Origin: Chloropicon primus
Lineage: Eukaryota
Direction of reading: 5' to 3'
Assembly: GCA_023205875.1 (NCBI GenBank)
Contig: CP060771.1
Location: 248,001-312,000, forward strand
DNA: 64,000 nucleotides
Part shown: positions 20,060 to 29,955 of the stretch, in pieces
Numbering within the stretch: the first letter of the stretch is position 1
Layout of the letters: every line of letters starts with the position of its first letter
The notes under the pieces: model-generated
The model's database searches: none
What the model was told of the DNA's origin: nothing
What the model saw: the letters and a program-made list of their open reading frames with translations, nothing else
Made by a program: the position numbers and the translations under genes

Positions 20060-21406
20060 TCAGCTGGTCTTGCCTGCCCATTTTTGGGCGAGGGCTGCCG
20101 CGCCGAATTTGGCACTCATGGTGGGCTGAATAATTTTGCACTCCGCCAACGCACTGAATGCGCTCAACTTCTCTTTCAGCTGGGGAACCATGGAGCTCTG
20201 CATCAGGCCGCCAACCAGAACTATTGGGGGCTTGTCGCTGCTGCTGAACACCTTCTTGTTTAGCGCGCAAATGCTCTCAGCCATCTCTGTTGTGCAGGCG
20301 TCCACAATCTCTTTGGAGATGGCATCCCCCTCTTCTGCGCCCTTCAGAACGAGCGGGGCCAGCGTCGCCATGGTTGCCCACTCCTTACCTTCCGTGTAGG
20401 CCCACTTGATGAGCTGCTCCGGTTGCTGCAGGCTGAGGTGCTCAAGGACTAGCTTGGTCAGGACGGTCTCCCTGCCGTCTCTCCCATCGTGGCACCTCGC
20501 CACCGCACACAAAAGTCTGTGCCCGAGGTCGTAGCCACTCCCCGCATCGCCAAAAGAGCAGCCCCAGCCACCTACCCTGCCCGTCTCGATGCCCCTGCCC
20601 TCGGGCTTCGCCGTCTCCTTCACACCATAGGCAATGGTGCCGGTGCCGGCGATCAGCACCATGCCCTTCATCTCGTCCTTCAACCAGTGGAGGGGGGGAG
20701 CCTGGTCCGGGGTTGACATGTACAATCCGCTCGCCAAAGCAGCGTACGCGTCGTTCACCACTTTGATCACGAACAGGTCTTCGTGGAAACGACCTTTAAA
20801 GTTCTCTTCCATGATCATGCGCTTGAACCCCTCAACGAAAGGCACGTCATCGCCCTTCCTATCCACGCCGCTGGTGGAGAGGCATATGCTCAGGGGGATC
20901 TTGCCCTGCTCGTAGTCACCTCCTCTGCTTGTCATGATGCTCTGCACTTGTTCCAAAGCCCCTGCGATTGCTTTGCTGGCCCCACGCATTACGTTGTCCA
21001 CAGCTTGGTCGACCCCAACAGAGTTCGGGTTCGCACTCCCTGCCTCGCCATACCCAACGGCGCAGTAGCAAGCGAGCTCATCCTCCCACAATTCGTGAGG
21101 TCTTTCGATTTTGTCCCCAACCTCAATGAAGGAATCCTTCGTCACCGATGACCCTTTCGCGACCTCCTCGGGCGTGAAGCTCCAAGTGGCCACGGCCTGC
21201 GTCTTTGTGCCTCCGCCGTCGATGCCGAGGCAGAGCCAGCCGTAACGTTCGACGAAGTCCATTTCTTGCTCGTCTTTTCCCGCCTCAAGTTCGTTGCGAT
21301 GGCAATCTCTAAAGCAATTGGATCGTTCCACAGTGACTTTGCGGTTCACTTTCTCTTTCCCTTGCTGTCTCCCTCCTCGTCCATCCTTACCTTTACCCCT
21401 GGCCAT
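20060..21406 (-). CDS. N-acetylglucosamine kinase (BadF/BadG/BcrA/BcrD ATPase family)
   Basis: LGIDGGGTKT, GSANPNSVG, NDAYAALASG, LIAGTGTIAYG, GGWG..FGDAGSGY, VLVGG. Confidence 0.85.
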   Translation of the reverse strand: MARGKGKDGRGGRQQGKEKVNRKVTVERSNCFRDCHRNELEAGKDEQEMDFVERYGWLCLGIDGGGTKTQAVATWSFTPEEVAKGSSVTKDSFIEVGDKIERPHELWEDELACYCAVGYGEAGSANPNSVGVDQAVDNVMRGASKAIAGALEQVQSIMTSRGGDYEQGKIPLSICLSTSGVDRKGDDVPFVEGFKRMIMEENFKGRFHEDLFVIKVVNDAYAALASGLYMSTPDQAPPLHWLKDEMKGMVLIAGTGTIAYGVKETAKPEGRGIETGRVGGWGCSFGDAGSGYDLGHRLLCAVARCHDGRDGRETVLTKLVLEHLSLQQPEQLIKWAYTEGKEWATMATLAPLVLKGAEEGDAISKEIVDACTTEMAESICALNKKVFSSSDKPPIVLVGGLMQSSMVPQLKEKLSAFSALAECKIIQPTMSAKFGAAALAQKWAGKTS

Positions 21407-21644
21407 CCCAACAGAAACAATCAAAAAAAACTTGGTAAATCAGTTGTCAAATCCTCCACACTCCGTCATTCCTCACAAGTGGATGCTCTTTGGAAAGATC
21501 ACGACACGATGCGTCCACCTGATACTTCCTTCTTTCCCTTTCTTTCGTCCTCCTCTCCTCCTCTCCTCCCTTCCCCTTACCTCTCTTCCTTTTGTTCCAG
21601 AGAGAGCGAGGAAACCAAAAGTGAAGAGAGAAGCCGTCGCCGAC

Positions 21645-21684
<40 letters not shown>

Positions 21685-21688
21685 CGCG

Positions 21689-21969
21689 ATGATCGAATAC
21701 TTGCAGTGGCTGATACAGAAGTCTTACCAGGTAAGGAAACCGTCCGTCGTTTCGTCGCTCCGTCGCTTCGTCGAGACCTTGCTTTTGCACGTGATGCATG
21801 GAGGAAGGCATGGAGGAGAACCCTAAGGGATGGAGGGGAGGCCCTTGGCTCGTGGACGAAAAAGGGAAGGGAAGGGAAGGGGACGAGGCGTTACGTCGCG
21901 TCGCGTCGCGTTACGTTACGTTGCGGTTCTCCTCGACGCTTCACTCGACGCGTTGCTTTTCATGGAACA

Positions 21970-22009
<40 letters not shown>

Positions 22010-22713
22010 GTTGGCAAATGGAATGGAATGGAATGGAATGGAATGGAATGGAATGGTTTGCGTCGTTGCTTTTTCTTTTTCTTTTTCTTTTTCCTGAGAA
22101 GCGAATGTTTCGTTCGACGAGGAGGACGTGTCGTGGCTTGAATGGGTTCGTGTGTCCTGACAAACTTTTTTTGTTCTTCCCGTTCGTTTTTTTTTCTTTC
22201 TTTTGCAGCCTGAACAGAGGGACAAGGCCAGCCAGGAGCGGCTAACGAAGATCAACGAGGGATCAAAGGACTTGTGAGTATTTTCCTGATGATCGAACGG
22301 GATTCGGTCCGCAATTCTTCTCTCTCTTTCGTTGTCGTTGTCGTTTTAGTTTCAGAAGGCTCTCTTGGGAAGTATGTGCTGTGCTTGCTTTGCTTGCTTG
22401 CTGACCAAGTACGACGACGACGTCTGTCTATGTGTCTCTTCGTTGTCTTCTGTCTACGCAGGAAGGAGCAGTGGAAGATGCCGGTCAAGACTGCTTTCCA
22501 CTGGAAGGGAAAGAGAGCGCAGGCGAAGGTGAGTGCAGTCGCTGCGGCAGACCTTTTGGCGAACGAAGAGGAAGAGAAACTGACGTCCCAACTTTTTTTC
22601 CTTCTTTGATCTCTTTGCTGTGGCGTCTTGTGCAGTTTGCTTACGACTCTCAGCCCGGCTTGAAGAAGATGGCGGGTCGACGGGGGCCTTACGAAGGGTA
22701 CAACTTGGATTGA
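21689..22713 (+). CDS. 83-aa protein, probable mitochondrial complex I plant-type accessory subunit P1; 4 exons (21689-21730, 22209-22273, 22462-22528, 22636-22713)
   Basis: All introns GT-AG with CTGAC/CTGAT-like branch sites; spliced product MIEYLQWLIQKSYQPEQRDKASQERLTKINEGSKDLKEQWKMPVKTAFHWKGKRAQAKFAYDSQPGLKKMAGRRGPYEGYNLD. Similarity to plant P1 (PEERD...KEMW.LP...AGRRDPY) is from memory. Confidence 0.7.
22017..22055. repeat. (GGAAT)n pentamer microsatellite next to (GA)n inside intron 1 of the 83-aa gene
   Basis: About seven tandem aatgg units read directly. Confidence 0.85.
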
Positions 22714-22978
22714 GTCTGGCCGCGGGGTGGTGAATATCTCTATATATCCATATGGGTGGGAAGGGGGGGAAGGCATCCGAAGGATTCATTGCCAGGAGGC
22801 TTCCTCCTCCAGATCGCTCCTAGTTTTATCGTTATCCATTCTTCAGTAAAAGTTATATCCACAAAGAAGAAAGACAAAGAGGCTAGAGCTCTCCCTCTCC
22901 CTCTCTCTCTCTCTCCCTTGCCCTCCAATCACCATGATTCTCCCTTTCTATCCTCCCCACCCACCACACCATTCTCAT

Positions 22979-23015
22979 CAAGTGAGGGCTCTTTGGAAAG
23001 ATCAAGACACGACGC
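22979..23015 (+). promoter_or_regulatory. Representative copy of the recurrent ~37-nt upstream motif
   Basis: CAAGTGAGGGCTCTTTGGAAAGATCAAGACACGACGC, about 200 bp upstream of BUD31; homologous copies precede many other genes (see findings). Function is inferred. Confidence 0.6.
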
Positions 23016-23138
23016 ATCCACCAGTCCTCCCCTCTCCCTCTCCCTCTCCCTCTCCCTCTCCTCACCATCCCCCTTCCTCCTCCCTCCCCCCATCATCATC
23101 CGCTTCGCCGCTTGAGAAAGGGAGAGAGAGAGAGAGAC

Positions 23139-23169
<31 letters not shown>

Positions 23170-23175
23170 AGAGGG

Positions 23176-23874
23176 ATGAATCACACGTTTCGTCTTGCGA
23201 GGAGCAAGCGGAAGCGTCTTCCGGAGGGATGGGACCTCGTGGAACCGACGCTTCTGGAGTTCGAGGAACGCATGCGTGAAGCCGTGAACGAGTCTCACGA
23301 AGGGAAGAGGAAGTCCGAATCGACTTGGAGCATCACAAGGATTCATTGGGAAAGGAATAGGTTCATCTACGAGTTGTACTACAAGAAGAAAGCCATCTCG
23401 AAGGAGCTTTACGATTACTTGGTGAAAGCGAAGCTGTGTGACGTGAACTTAATTGCCAAATGGCGCAAGCCTGGGTACGAGTACTTGTGTTCCTTGCAAG
23501 CGATAAGCACCAAGGACACCAACTACGGGACGGTAGCTGCATGCCGTGTGCCTCTCAAGCTCCGGTCTCCTCACCAGTGGGGACCCTCGGTGAAGACGGG
23601 ATGCATCTCTTGCGCTTCTTGTGACAAGGGCGCACCCATCTGGTGGTTTCATACTGGATGGAGGGAACACTTTGAGGAGGAGAGGAGGAAGCATTTGGAG
23701 AAGGGCAAGAGGAAGCAACGTGGTGGAGTGGAGGAGGAGGAGGACGTCAGGGGGGACAACGCGATCGAGGAGAGAATCAAGAGGCTCAAGGAAATGCAGA
23801 AGAAGCCTGAAGATCTTGTCGACAAGGAGGACCAAGCGGAGGGAGAGGGGGAGCCGGGCACTTCACGTCGTTGA
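23176..23874 (+). CDS. BUD31: BUD31/G10 spliceosomal protein with charged C-terminal extension
   Basis: PEGWDLVEPTL, ESTWSITRIHWERNRFIYELYYKKKAISKELYDYL, LIAKWRKPGYEYLC, CRVP, GCISCAS. Confidence 0.92.
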   Translation: MNHTFRLARSKRKRLPEGWDLVEPTLLEFEERMREAVNESHEGKRKSESTWSITRIHWERNRFIYELYYKKKAISKELYDYLVKAKLCDVNLIAKWRKPGYEYLCSLQAISTKDTNYGTVAACRVPLKLRSPHQWGPSVKTGCISCASCDKGAPIWWFHTGWREHFEEERRKHLEKGKRKQRGGVEEEEDVRGDNAIEERIKRLKEMQKKPEDLVDKEDQAEGEGEPGTSRR

Positions 23875-24014
23875 ACGGACGGCGGTGAGGCGGTGAGGGG
23901 GGAGGGCTCTGCCTGCAACACAACAGTCCTCCTAGCTTCGTGGTGAAGAGAGCGTGTGGGCGAAACCAATGCGTGAAAATTAATACACAGCTCTTCTTCT
24001 TGCTTTTAATTGGT

Positions 24015-26963
24015 TTACTGCGCTGGCACAGCTGCTGGAGCGGAGCCAGAACCCAGCCCGAATTCGACGCTGATGCTCTCTACCTGCTGCATCACCGTTT
24101 CCAAGGTCTCCTTCTCGAGTCCCTCGTCCCCAAGGACGGTGTCGTAGGCCTCCTTTGCCTCCATTTTGGATCCCAAGAGGAAAAGCGAGTCGCCCAAGAG
24201 CTTCAACGTTTGGCTGCTCGATGCGATGGAGAGAGACCTCCTAAAAACTTGAACGGCGTGCTTATGCATCGAGCAGGAGGCCAACTCCATGGCCACGGCG
24301 TTAAGCAAATCCACCTCCTCGAGGTTTTCTAACAGTACAAAGTCGAGTGCGCTCAAAGCAGCTTCCTTCCTATCGAGCTTGAGGGACAAGATACACGTGT
24401 ATGCCCAAACCTTTGCGTTCTTTGCGTCTAATATACTCGCTTCCGTCAGCGCGGTCTCCGCGTTGGCAAAGTCCTCCAGCTCAATGCATGCGATGGCGCA
24501 GCCCAGCCACGTGGAAGCGCAAGGGCACTTCTGGCAAGCGAAGACGAAGACGTCAAGCGCAGTTTTCACGCTGCTTTCCGTGCCAATCTTCATCAGGGTC
24601 TTGCCGTACGTCAGAAGGACATCCAAAGTGCAGGCGCTGGCGTTCATACTCATAACCTTCGTGAAGCACTGGACTGCCCCTTCATGGTTGCCCATCTTGC
24701 AGCAGATCTTACCCTCCAGGACGTAGGGCCTGACATCGTCGTGGTCGCACAGCTCAACAGCCTGCGCCAGTACCTCCAAGGCCTCCTCGTGCTCGCCCAA
24801 GGAATAGTGCACCTGGATCTTGCAAAGCAGCTTGTCGACCTCAGGAATCGTTTCGCAGATCGCGAGGGCATCCGAAGCAACCTGAGCGAGAGACAGATCA
24901 AGCATCTGGAATACGAGGTGAGTCATGCCATCGACCTCTATGCTCGACATGCCCATCTTGATCTCCTTCTTGTCCTTAGTGGCCTTAAATATACAGTTTT
25001 GGCAGGCATCGCTGTCAAGTCCCTTGGTCTTGGAATAGAGCAGAGCGAGCATGGCCCACGCAAGCGGGTGGGCACTCTCACTCTCGTCGCCTTCGTGCCT
25101 GAGGGCAGAGTGGATCAGCACCTCGGCCTGGTCGAGCAGGTACTTGTTGCCCTTCGGGGTCTTCGACTGGTACAGGAGGACCCCGGCCAATGCAAGCAGG
25201 GTGTCCATTGTGGTGAAAAGAGAGAGCTCTTCTCTGAAGCACTCCTCCGCCTTGTCAATCATGTTGGACCGGAGGCAGAACTGGCCATAGTCATACCAGA
25301 GGTTAGCCGTCTTCTTCTTGGCGTTGCTGATTCTGTCCACGTGGTACTTCTCGGCAATATCCAAGACCTCGTTCAGCTCGTACTCGTCTGCAAGCATTTT
25401 CATCTTCTGGAGAACGTTCTCGTCGTTCTTGTCCTCCTCTTCGTTCTTGTACTGCATCTCCTTGAGAGCGTCCTGCACGCCTTCGAGAAGGATGCTGTAC
25501 GCCTCGTTCAGCAGAGCGTGGCTGTCCATTTGTTTGATGACCGTGCTGCTCCCGATGCGCTGCTCGATGATATCGATGGCACTCTTCTTCAGGAACTCCT
25601 TCATCTTCGCGTACGCTCCGCTCTTGTTCAAGTGGAAGATGACGTTCTTCTGTGTGCGGCTGCCGCCATCCTCCTCGAAAGCGTCGCCGTAGTCCCTGAT
25701 CAGAATCTTCGCCACGGTCTTGCACTGGTTGACAAACGCTTTTTGCTTCGCCTTCATCTTGTCGATCGCTTTGGGCTGCTCCTTGACGCTGATGAACTCG
25801 GACAGTTTGCCCACGGTGTTCGCTGGCAAGGACCACAGTGCGAGCAAAGGAAAGTCCAGCGCGATGCTGAAAGACAATGAAGACTCGGCCTTCACCCAGG
25901 CGTTCTGTCCTTCTTCCAAGGCCGTCTCCTCGGCGAAGGGGGTCGCTTTCTCGCCATATTCTGGGTTGGGCAGCATGTGAAGCTTTGGCGCCTCCTCCCC
26001 CTCCACCACCGGGGCTGTGGGCTTGCACGCAACGCCCACCGTCTGCACTCCAGGCTCAAGGAGACCCCCGATCGAGTAGTCGGAGTAAAAGTAGTAAGCA
26101 GATGCGTTGGGATCACCGTGCTCAGAGGCTGCCGGCATGTAGCGAGCCGCCTCCACGCTGAATTGCCCGCTCTTCACCATCTTCTTCATCTCCGTCACTC
26201 CATCCGGCTCCACGAAAAACTTCATTCCCTTGCTCCACGTCAACGCGGAGTCGCTCACGGTGCCGTTCTTGAACTCGAGAACCTCCTTCTCCTCCTTTCC
26301 TGGAACTTGGATGGCAACCAAAAAGTCAGGAGCGACTTCGGACTCCTCCATGGCCTTCTGGAGACTCTCCGGCACAGGGGACAGCTTCATTCCCTCGACC
26401 CTTCCGATCAGACCACCCGCGGCCGTCTGAAGCGGCTCGCTCACCGACAACGCGAAGTTGAGGAGGACTTCGGTCTGCTCGGTGCCTTCCGGCGTCGCCA
26501 GGAGTCCTATCTTGGCGGATCCCTCCACGCTAACATTGCCTGGCGTCAGCAAGGACTCCAGGACGACCTCTCCAGAGCCCAGAGCCTCCTTCTTGGCGTC
26601 GTACAGAGTCAGGACGAGGCCCTTGTTCAGAACCTTGGAGAGCAGCATGCCTTTCTCCTCCTCTCCCACAGCAAATGTGGTGGACAAGCCGTAATCGAAG
26701 GATCCATCCTCGCCGAGGGCCACTGCTTCACTCTCGCAACTGTGGAGACCCAGAAGGTCAATGCTGCAACTCGTCGTGGCAAGGCTCTCGTTCTCCACGG
26801 TGGTCTCATTCCCCTCCTCGTCCACAACCTTTTCGCTCCACCACTTGCTCGCCGTGGTGACCTTGACCTCAAACTTGTACTCACGCTTGGCCTCGCCTTC
26901 CTCCTCCGCAACCTCCACCTCGGGCTCTTGCTCCTCCGCCATAGCTGCTGTGTGGTTGTTCAT
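24015..26963 (-). CDS. CFAP70: Cilia- and flagella-associated protein 70 (TPR protein)
   Basis: N-terminal beta-rich region; LNKSGAYAKMKEFLKKSAIDII; LADEYELN...AEKYHVDRI...WYDYGQFCL; CPCASTWLGCAIACIELEDFANAETALTEASILD; TPR array. Start 26963 or 26942. Confidence 0.75.
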   Translation of the reverse strand: MNNHTAAMAEEQEPEVEVAEEEGEAKREYKFEVKVTTASKWWSEKVVDEEGNETTVENESLATTSCSIDLLGLHSCESEAVALGEDGSFDYGLSTTFAVGEEEKGMLLSKVLNKGLVLTLYDAKKEALGSGEVVLESLLTPGNVSVEGSAKIGLLATPEGTEQTEVLLNFALSVSEPLQTAAGGLIGRVEGMKLSPVPESLQKAMEESEVAPDFLVAIQVPGKEEKEVLEFKNGTVSDSALTWSKGMKFFVEPDGVTEMKKMVKSGQFSVEAARYMPAASEHGDPNASAYYFYSDYSIGGLLEPGVQTVGVACKPTAPVVEGEEAPKLHMLPNPEYGEKATPFAEETALEEGQNAWVKAESSLSFSIALDFPLLALWSLPANTVGKLSEFISVKEQPKAIDKMKAKQKAFVNQCKTVAKILIRDYGDAFEEDGGSRTQKNVIFHLNKSGAYAKMKEFLKKSAIDIIEQRIGSSTVIKQMDSHALLNEAYSILLEGVQDALKEMQYKNEEEDKNDENVLQKMKMLADEYELNEVLDIAEKYHVDRISNAKKKTANLWYDYGQFCLRSNMIDKAEECFREELSLFTTMDTLLALAGVLLYQSKTPKGNKYLLDQAEVLIHSALRHEGDESESAHPLAWAMLALLYSKTKGLDSDACQNCIFKATKDKKEIKMGMSSIEVDGMTHLVFQMLDLSLAQVASDALAICETIPEVDKLLCKIQVHYSLGEHEEALEVLAQAVELCDHDDVRPYVLEGKICCKMGNHEGAVQCFTKVMSMNASACTLDVLLTYGKTLMKIGTESSVKTALDVFVFACQKCPCASTWLGCAIACIELEDFANAETALTEASILDAKNAKVWAYTCILSLKLDRKEAALSALDFVLLENLEEVDLLNAVAMELASCSMHKHAVQVFRRSLSIASSSQTLKLLGDSLFLLGSKMEAKEAYDTVLGDEGLEKETLETVMQQVESISVEFGLGSGSAPAAVPAQ

Positions 26964-28229
26964 GCCAAAACCAAAACCAGAGAGTCACAAGTCACAAGTC
27001 AGTCTCTCCCTTGCGCTTCCATCTTGCAAGAGCGGCACCTCGCTGAAAAGATTACGAAGTGGAAGTTCACTTGCAGTTCCTGCCTCAAACAGCTTACCTC
27101 AACTCAAGTCAAGACCGTGTTAAGAATCCCAGGCGTACGTACGCTATTGCAGGCAACACAACTCCAAGTCTTCAGTGTCTCGTGCGCCAAACTATTCGAG
27201 TGAGGGGGTCTTCAGAAAGAGAAAGAGACGAGGAATCCAACCAACCGCTTGTCTTCCAACTCCGTCCTCGTCCTCGTCCTCTAAATCGGGTCCAAACCCA
27301 CCTACCTTCCGTCGCCCTCTGCCGTACCAATCGTACGCCACTTCGTTCCTTTTCGTTGTCCAACTCGATCAAATGTATTCGATAAAAGACGTCTTACAGA
27401 GGAAGAGGGAAGTGTGTAGTGTTTCCACATGGCGCTACGCGTATTTCGGTCCCAAAAGTAACGTGACACAACAAATACTTGGAATTCACTTGAATTTCGT
27501 AAATTTATAAGTTTTTTGGTCAAAGGTAGGAAGAGGAGTCCTCATCACGGGGTGGTGAAACGAGGTAAGTTGAGGGCACTTTCGGTCAACGCAGAGGGAG
27601 GGGAGGTACCAGAAAGGACTACCAGAGGGTTTTTCATCTCGTGATCTCTCTCTGGACCCCTCACTCGAAGGATTTGGTGAGGATTGGAGTCACTTACGCT
27701 CGAGGTTTGTCTTGCTATACAATAGTCCACTCACAGGTGAAAGGGGAGGTAAGTTGAGGGCGAGTTTGGCCCAGGAAGAGGGCAGAGAGGGGCCAGGAAG
27801 GGGCACAAGACGATTCCTCATCTCTTGAGCGTTCAGTTGACTCGGTCACTCGAAGGTTTTCTCCTTCTTTCGATGCACTGACACTCGAGGTTTGTCCTTG
27901 CCTCTAGTTCACTCCCAGAAGAGAAGGGGTCAGGCGTTGGCTTGAAGCTCGGACAGTGGCCAAGTCCGAAGCACTAGGAGACTCATTGGAGGTTCACGTT
28001 GGTTCCAGTCCTCCCGGAAGTGCGAGTGGCGTGGTCCTCACCGCCGCCTTGGTTTGTTGTGGACGGCCAAGCCTGGAACAGGAACACACTTCTGTGCCTC
28101 TGAGCAAGCCTTGGTTTGCTGTGCAGGCAGGAGAGAGAGAGAGAGAGGGAGAGAGAGAGAGCGGAGGGCAGAGCCAAGCAAAGGAGAAGCGGGAGAGAGA
28201 GGGCAATTGCCTCCTGAATTGCCAAGCCA

Positions 28230-29417
28230 ATGACGAGCACCGAAGTGGTTGAGCAGAACGGTGGCTCCATACCAGAGTCACTGGAGAAGAACGGGAAGGA
28301 CAAGGCCGCGCACTGCGTGGAGATGCTTGTGGCTGGTTACCCGCAAGCTTTCGTGGAGTTCTTCGACATCACGAATGGGATATCGAAAAAGGGGAGCGAC
28401 AAGGATGATGCTGACTTTGCCTCGTCCGATGGCAACGGCAAGGATGGAGACATCTACTCGGAGGAAGTCCTGACGCTGCTGCAAAGGAGTTTCGTTGCTG
28501 TCGAGGAAGCGAGAAGGGCGATGGACATGGATGCCATCTACGATTCTTACTTCAAAGTCGCCACCTTTTTCTTGGAGAACGACTCTCCGGAGCACAGCAT
28601 ACCGTTCTACACGCGGTGCGTGGAGGTCGCCGACGAGGACGAGAACAAGCAGGGGTTGTTGAAGTCTCACTTTCAGTTGGGCATCTGCTACACGCAGCTG
28701 GAGAACACGTTTGAAGCGATTGAGCACCACGAGAAGCACTTAAAGCTTTCTCTTAATCTGGATGACACGAACGAGGAAGGAAAGGCTTACGAGTATATTA
28801 TAGTCGTGTACAACCAGCGGGTGACGGAGCTGATGGGTCAGAGCAACTGGGAGGAAGCGATTGAGATCCTGAACAGGCTGATCTCTCAGGCTCAGAACTG
28901 TGGAAACATCGTGGCGGAGGGCCTGGCGAACTACGAGCTGGGGAACTGCTACTCCAAGCTGGGGGACCACAACATGGCGTTGGAGTACTATACGGCGTAC
29001 CAAGACATCTGCATCATGTGCGAGGACAAGGTGGGAGAAGGGAAGTCGTGCTGCGCGCTAGCTGTAACATATCAAGAACTTGGCGACATCGAGTCAGCCA
29101 TGGCGCACTTAGAGTCCTTCTTGGAGCTGAGCAAGTCCGGGGACACCACGAGCCAGGCCCAGGCGTGCTGCAGTCTGGGAATCATCCACTTTGAGCAGAA
29201 AAAGTACGACCGGGCCGTGAATTACTTTGAGAAGTTCTTCGAGGCCGCCAGAACTTTGAACAATAGCAAGATGCTTGACGCAGCTCGGATAAACCTCGGC
29301 ATTGCCAAGGGCTGCGCAAAGATGGAGAGCTTCTTCGACACCATTAACGAGGATTTTGGCAGACTCTTGCAGTGGAAGAACACAAGGATGCCTCTGCCGG
29401 ACAAGGACACCATCTAG
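28230..29417 (+). CDS. TTC29: Tetratricopeptide repeat protein 29-like (axonemal inner-arm dynein-associated)
   Basis: CVEMLVAGYPQAFVEFF at the N-terminus, TPR repeats, ARINLGIAKG and LLQWKNTR at the C-terminus match my recollection of TTC29. Confidence 0.7.
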   Translation: MTSTEVVEQNGGSIPESLEKNGKDKAAHCVEMLVAGYPQAFVEFFDITNGISKKGSDKDDADFASSDGNGKDGDIYSEEVLTLLQRSFVAVEEARRAMDMDAIYDSYFKVATFFLENDSPEHSIPFYTRCVEVADEDENKQGLLKSHFQLGICYTQLENTFEAIEHHEKHLKLSLNLDDTNEEGKAYEYIIVVYNQRVTELMGQSNWEEAIEILNRLISQAQNCGNIVAEGLANYELGNCYSKLGDHNMALEYYTAYQDICIMCEDKVGEGKSCCALAVTYQELGDIESAMAHLESFLELSKSGDTTSQAQACCSLGIIHFEQKKYDRAVNYFEKFFEAARTLNNSKMLDAARINLGIAKGCAKMESFFDTINEDFGRLLQWKNTRMPLPDKDTI

Positions 29418-29955
29418 TCGTTCGCGAATAAGGCCAAAGGAGTTATCCATAACACATAAACGAACACAATTTGCTTGCTCTTCGCGTCAGTAAAACACAA
29501 TCAAACCGAACACACAACGAACATCTTCTACTTATCAAGTCTGAGGCCTCTTTGGAGCAAGAGCAAGAGCAAGAGCTCATCAAGAGGATGCCATCACTTC
29601 CTCCTCACCGTCCTCCTCCCTCATCCATGTGACCTTCCTCCTCCTCCATCTCATTCAGTTTGAGGCGCCTTGGGAGCAAGATCAAGACCAAGATCAAGAG
29701 GATGAGCATGCCATCCCTTGCTCTCTCCCCCTCCCTCCTCCTCCTCCTCCTCCTCCGCCATCCACCAAAGGACCCTTCTCTTTGGAAGTACAAGGAGCAA
29801 GATCCAGTGGAAGGAGCAAGATCCATCCAGTGGAAGGGACCATGCAAGACACAAAGCCCTCCCAATCCTCCCTCCTCCCCTCCATCACAATCATCCCTCC
29901 CTCCTTCCTCTTCCTCCTCCGCCCTCGTTCTCTGGCGCCCAGAAGCAGATCGCTG

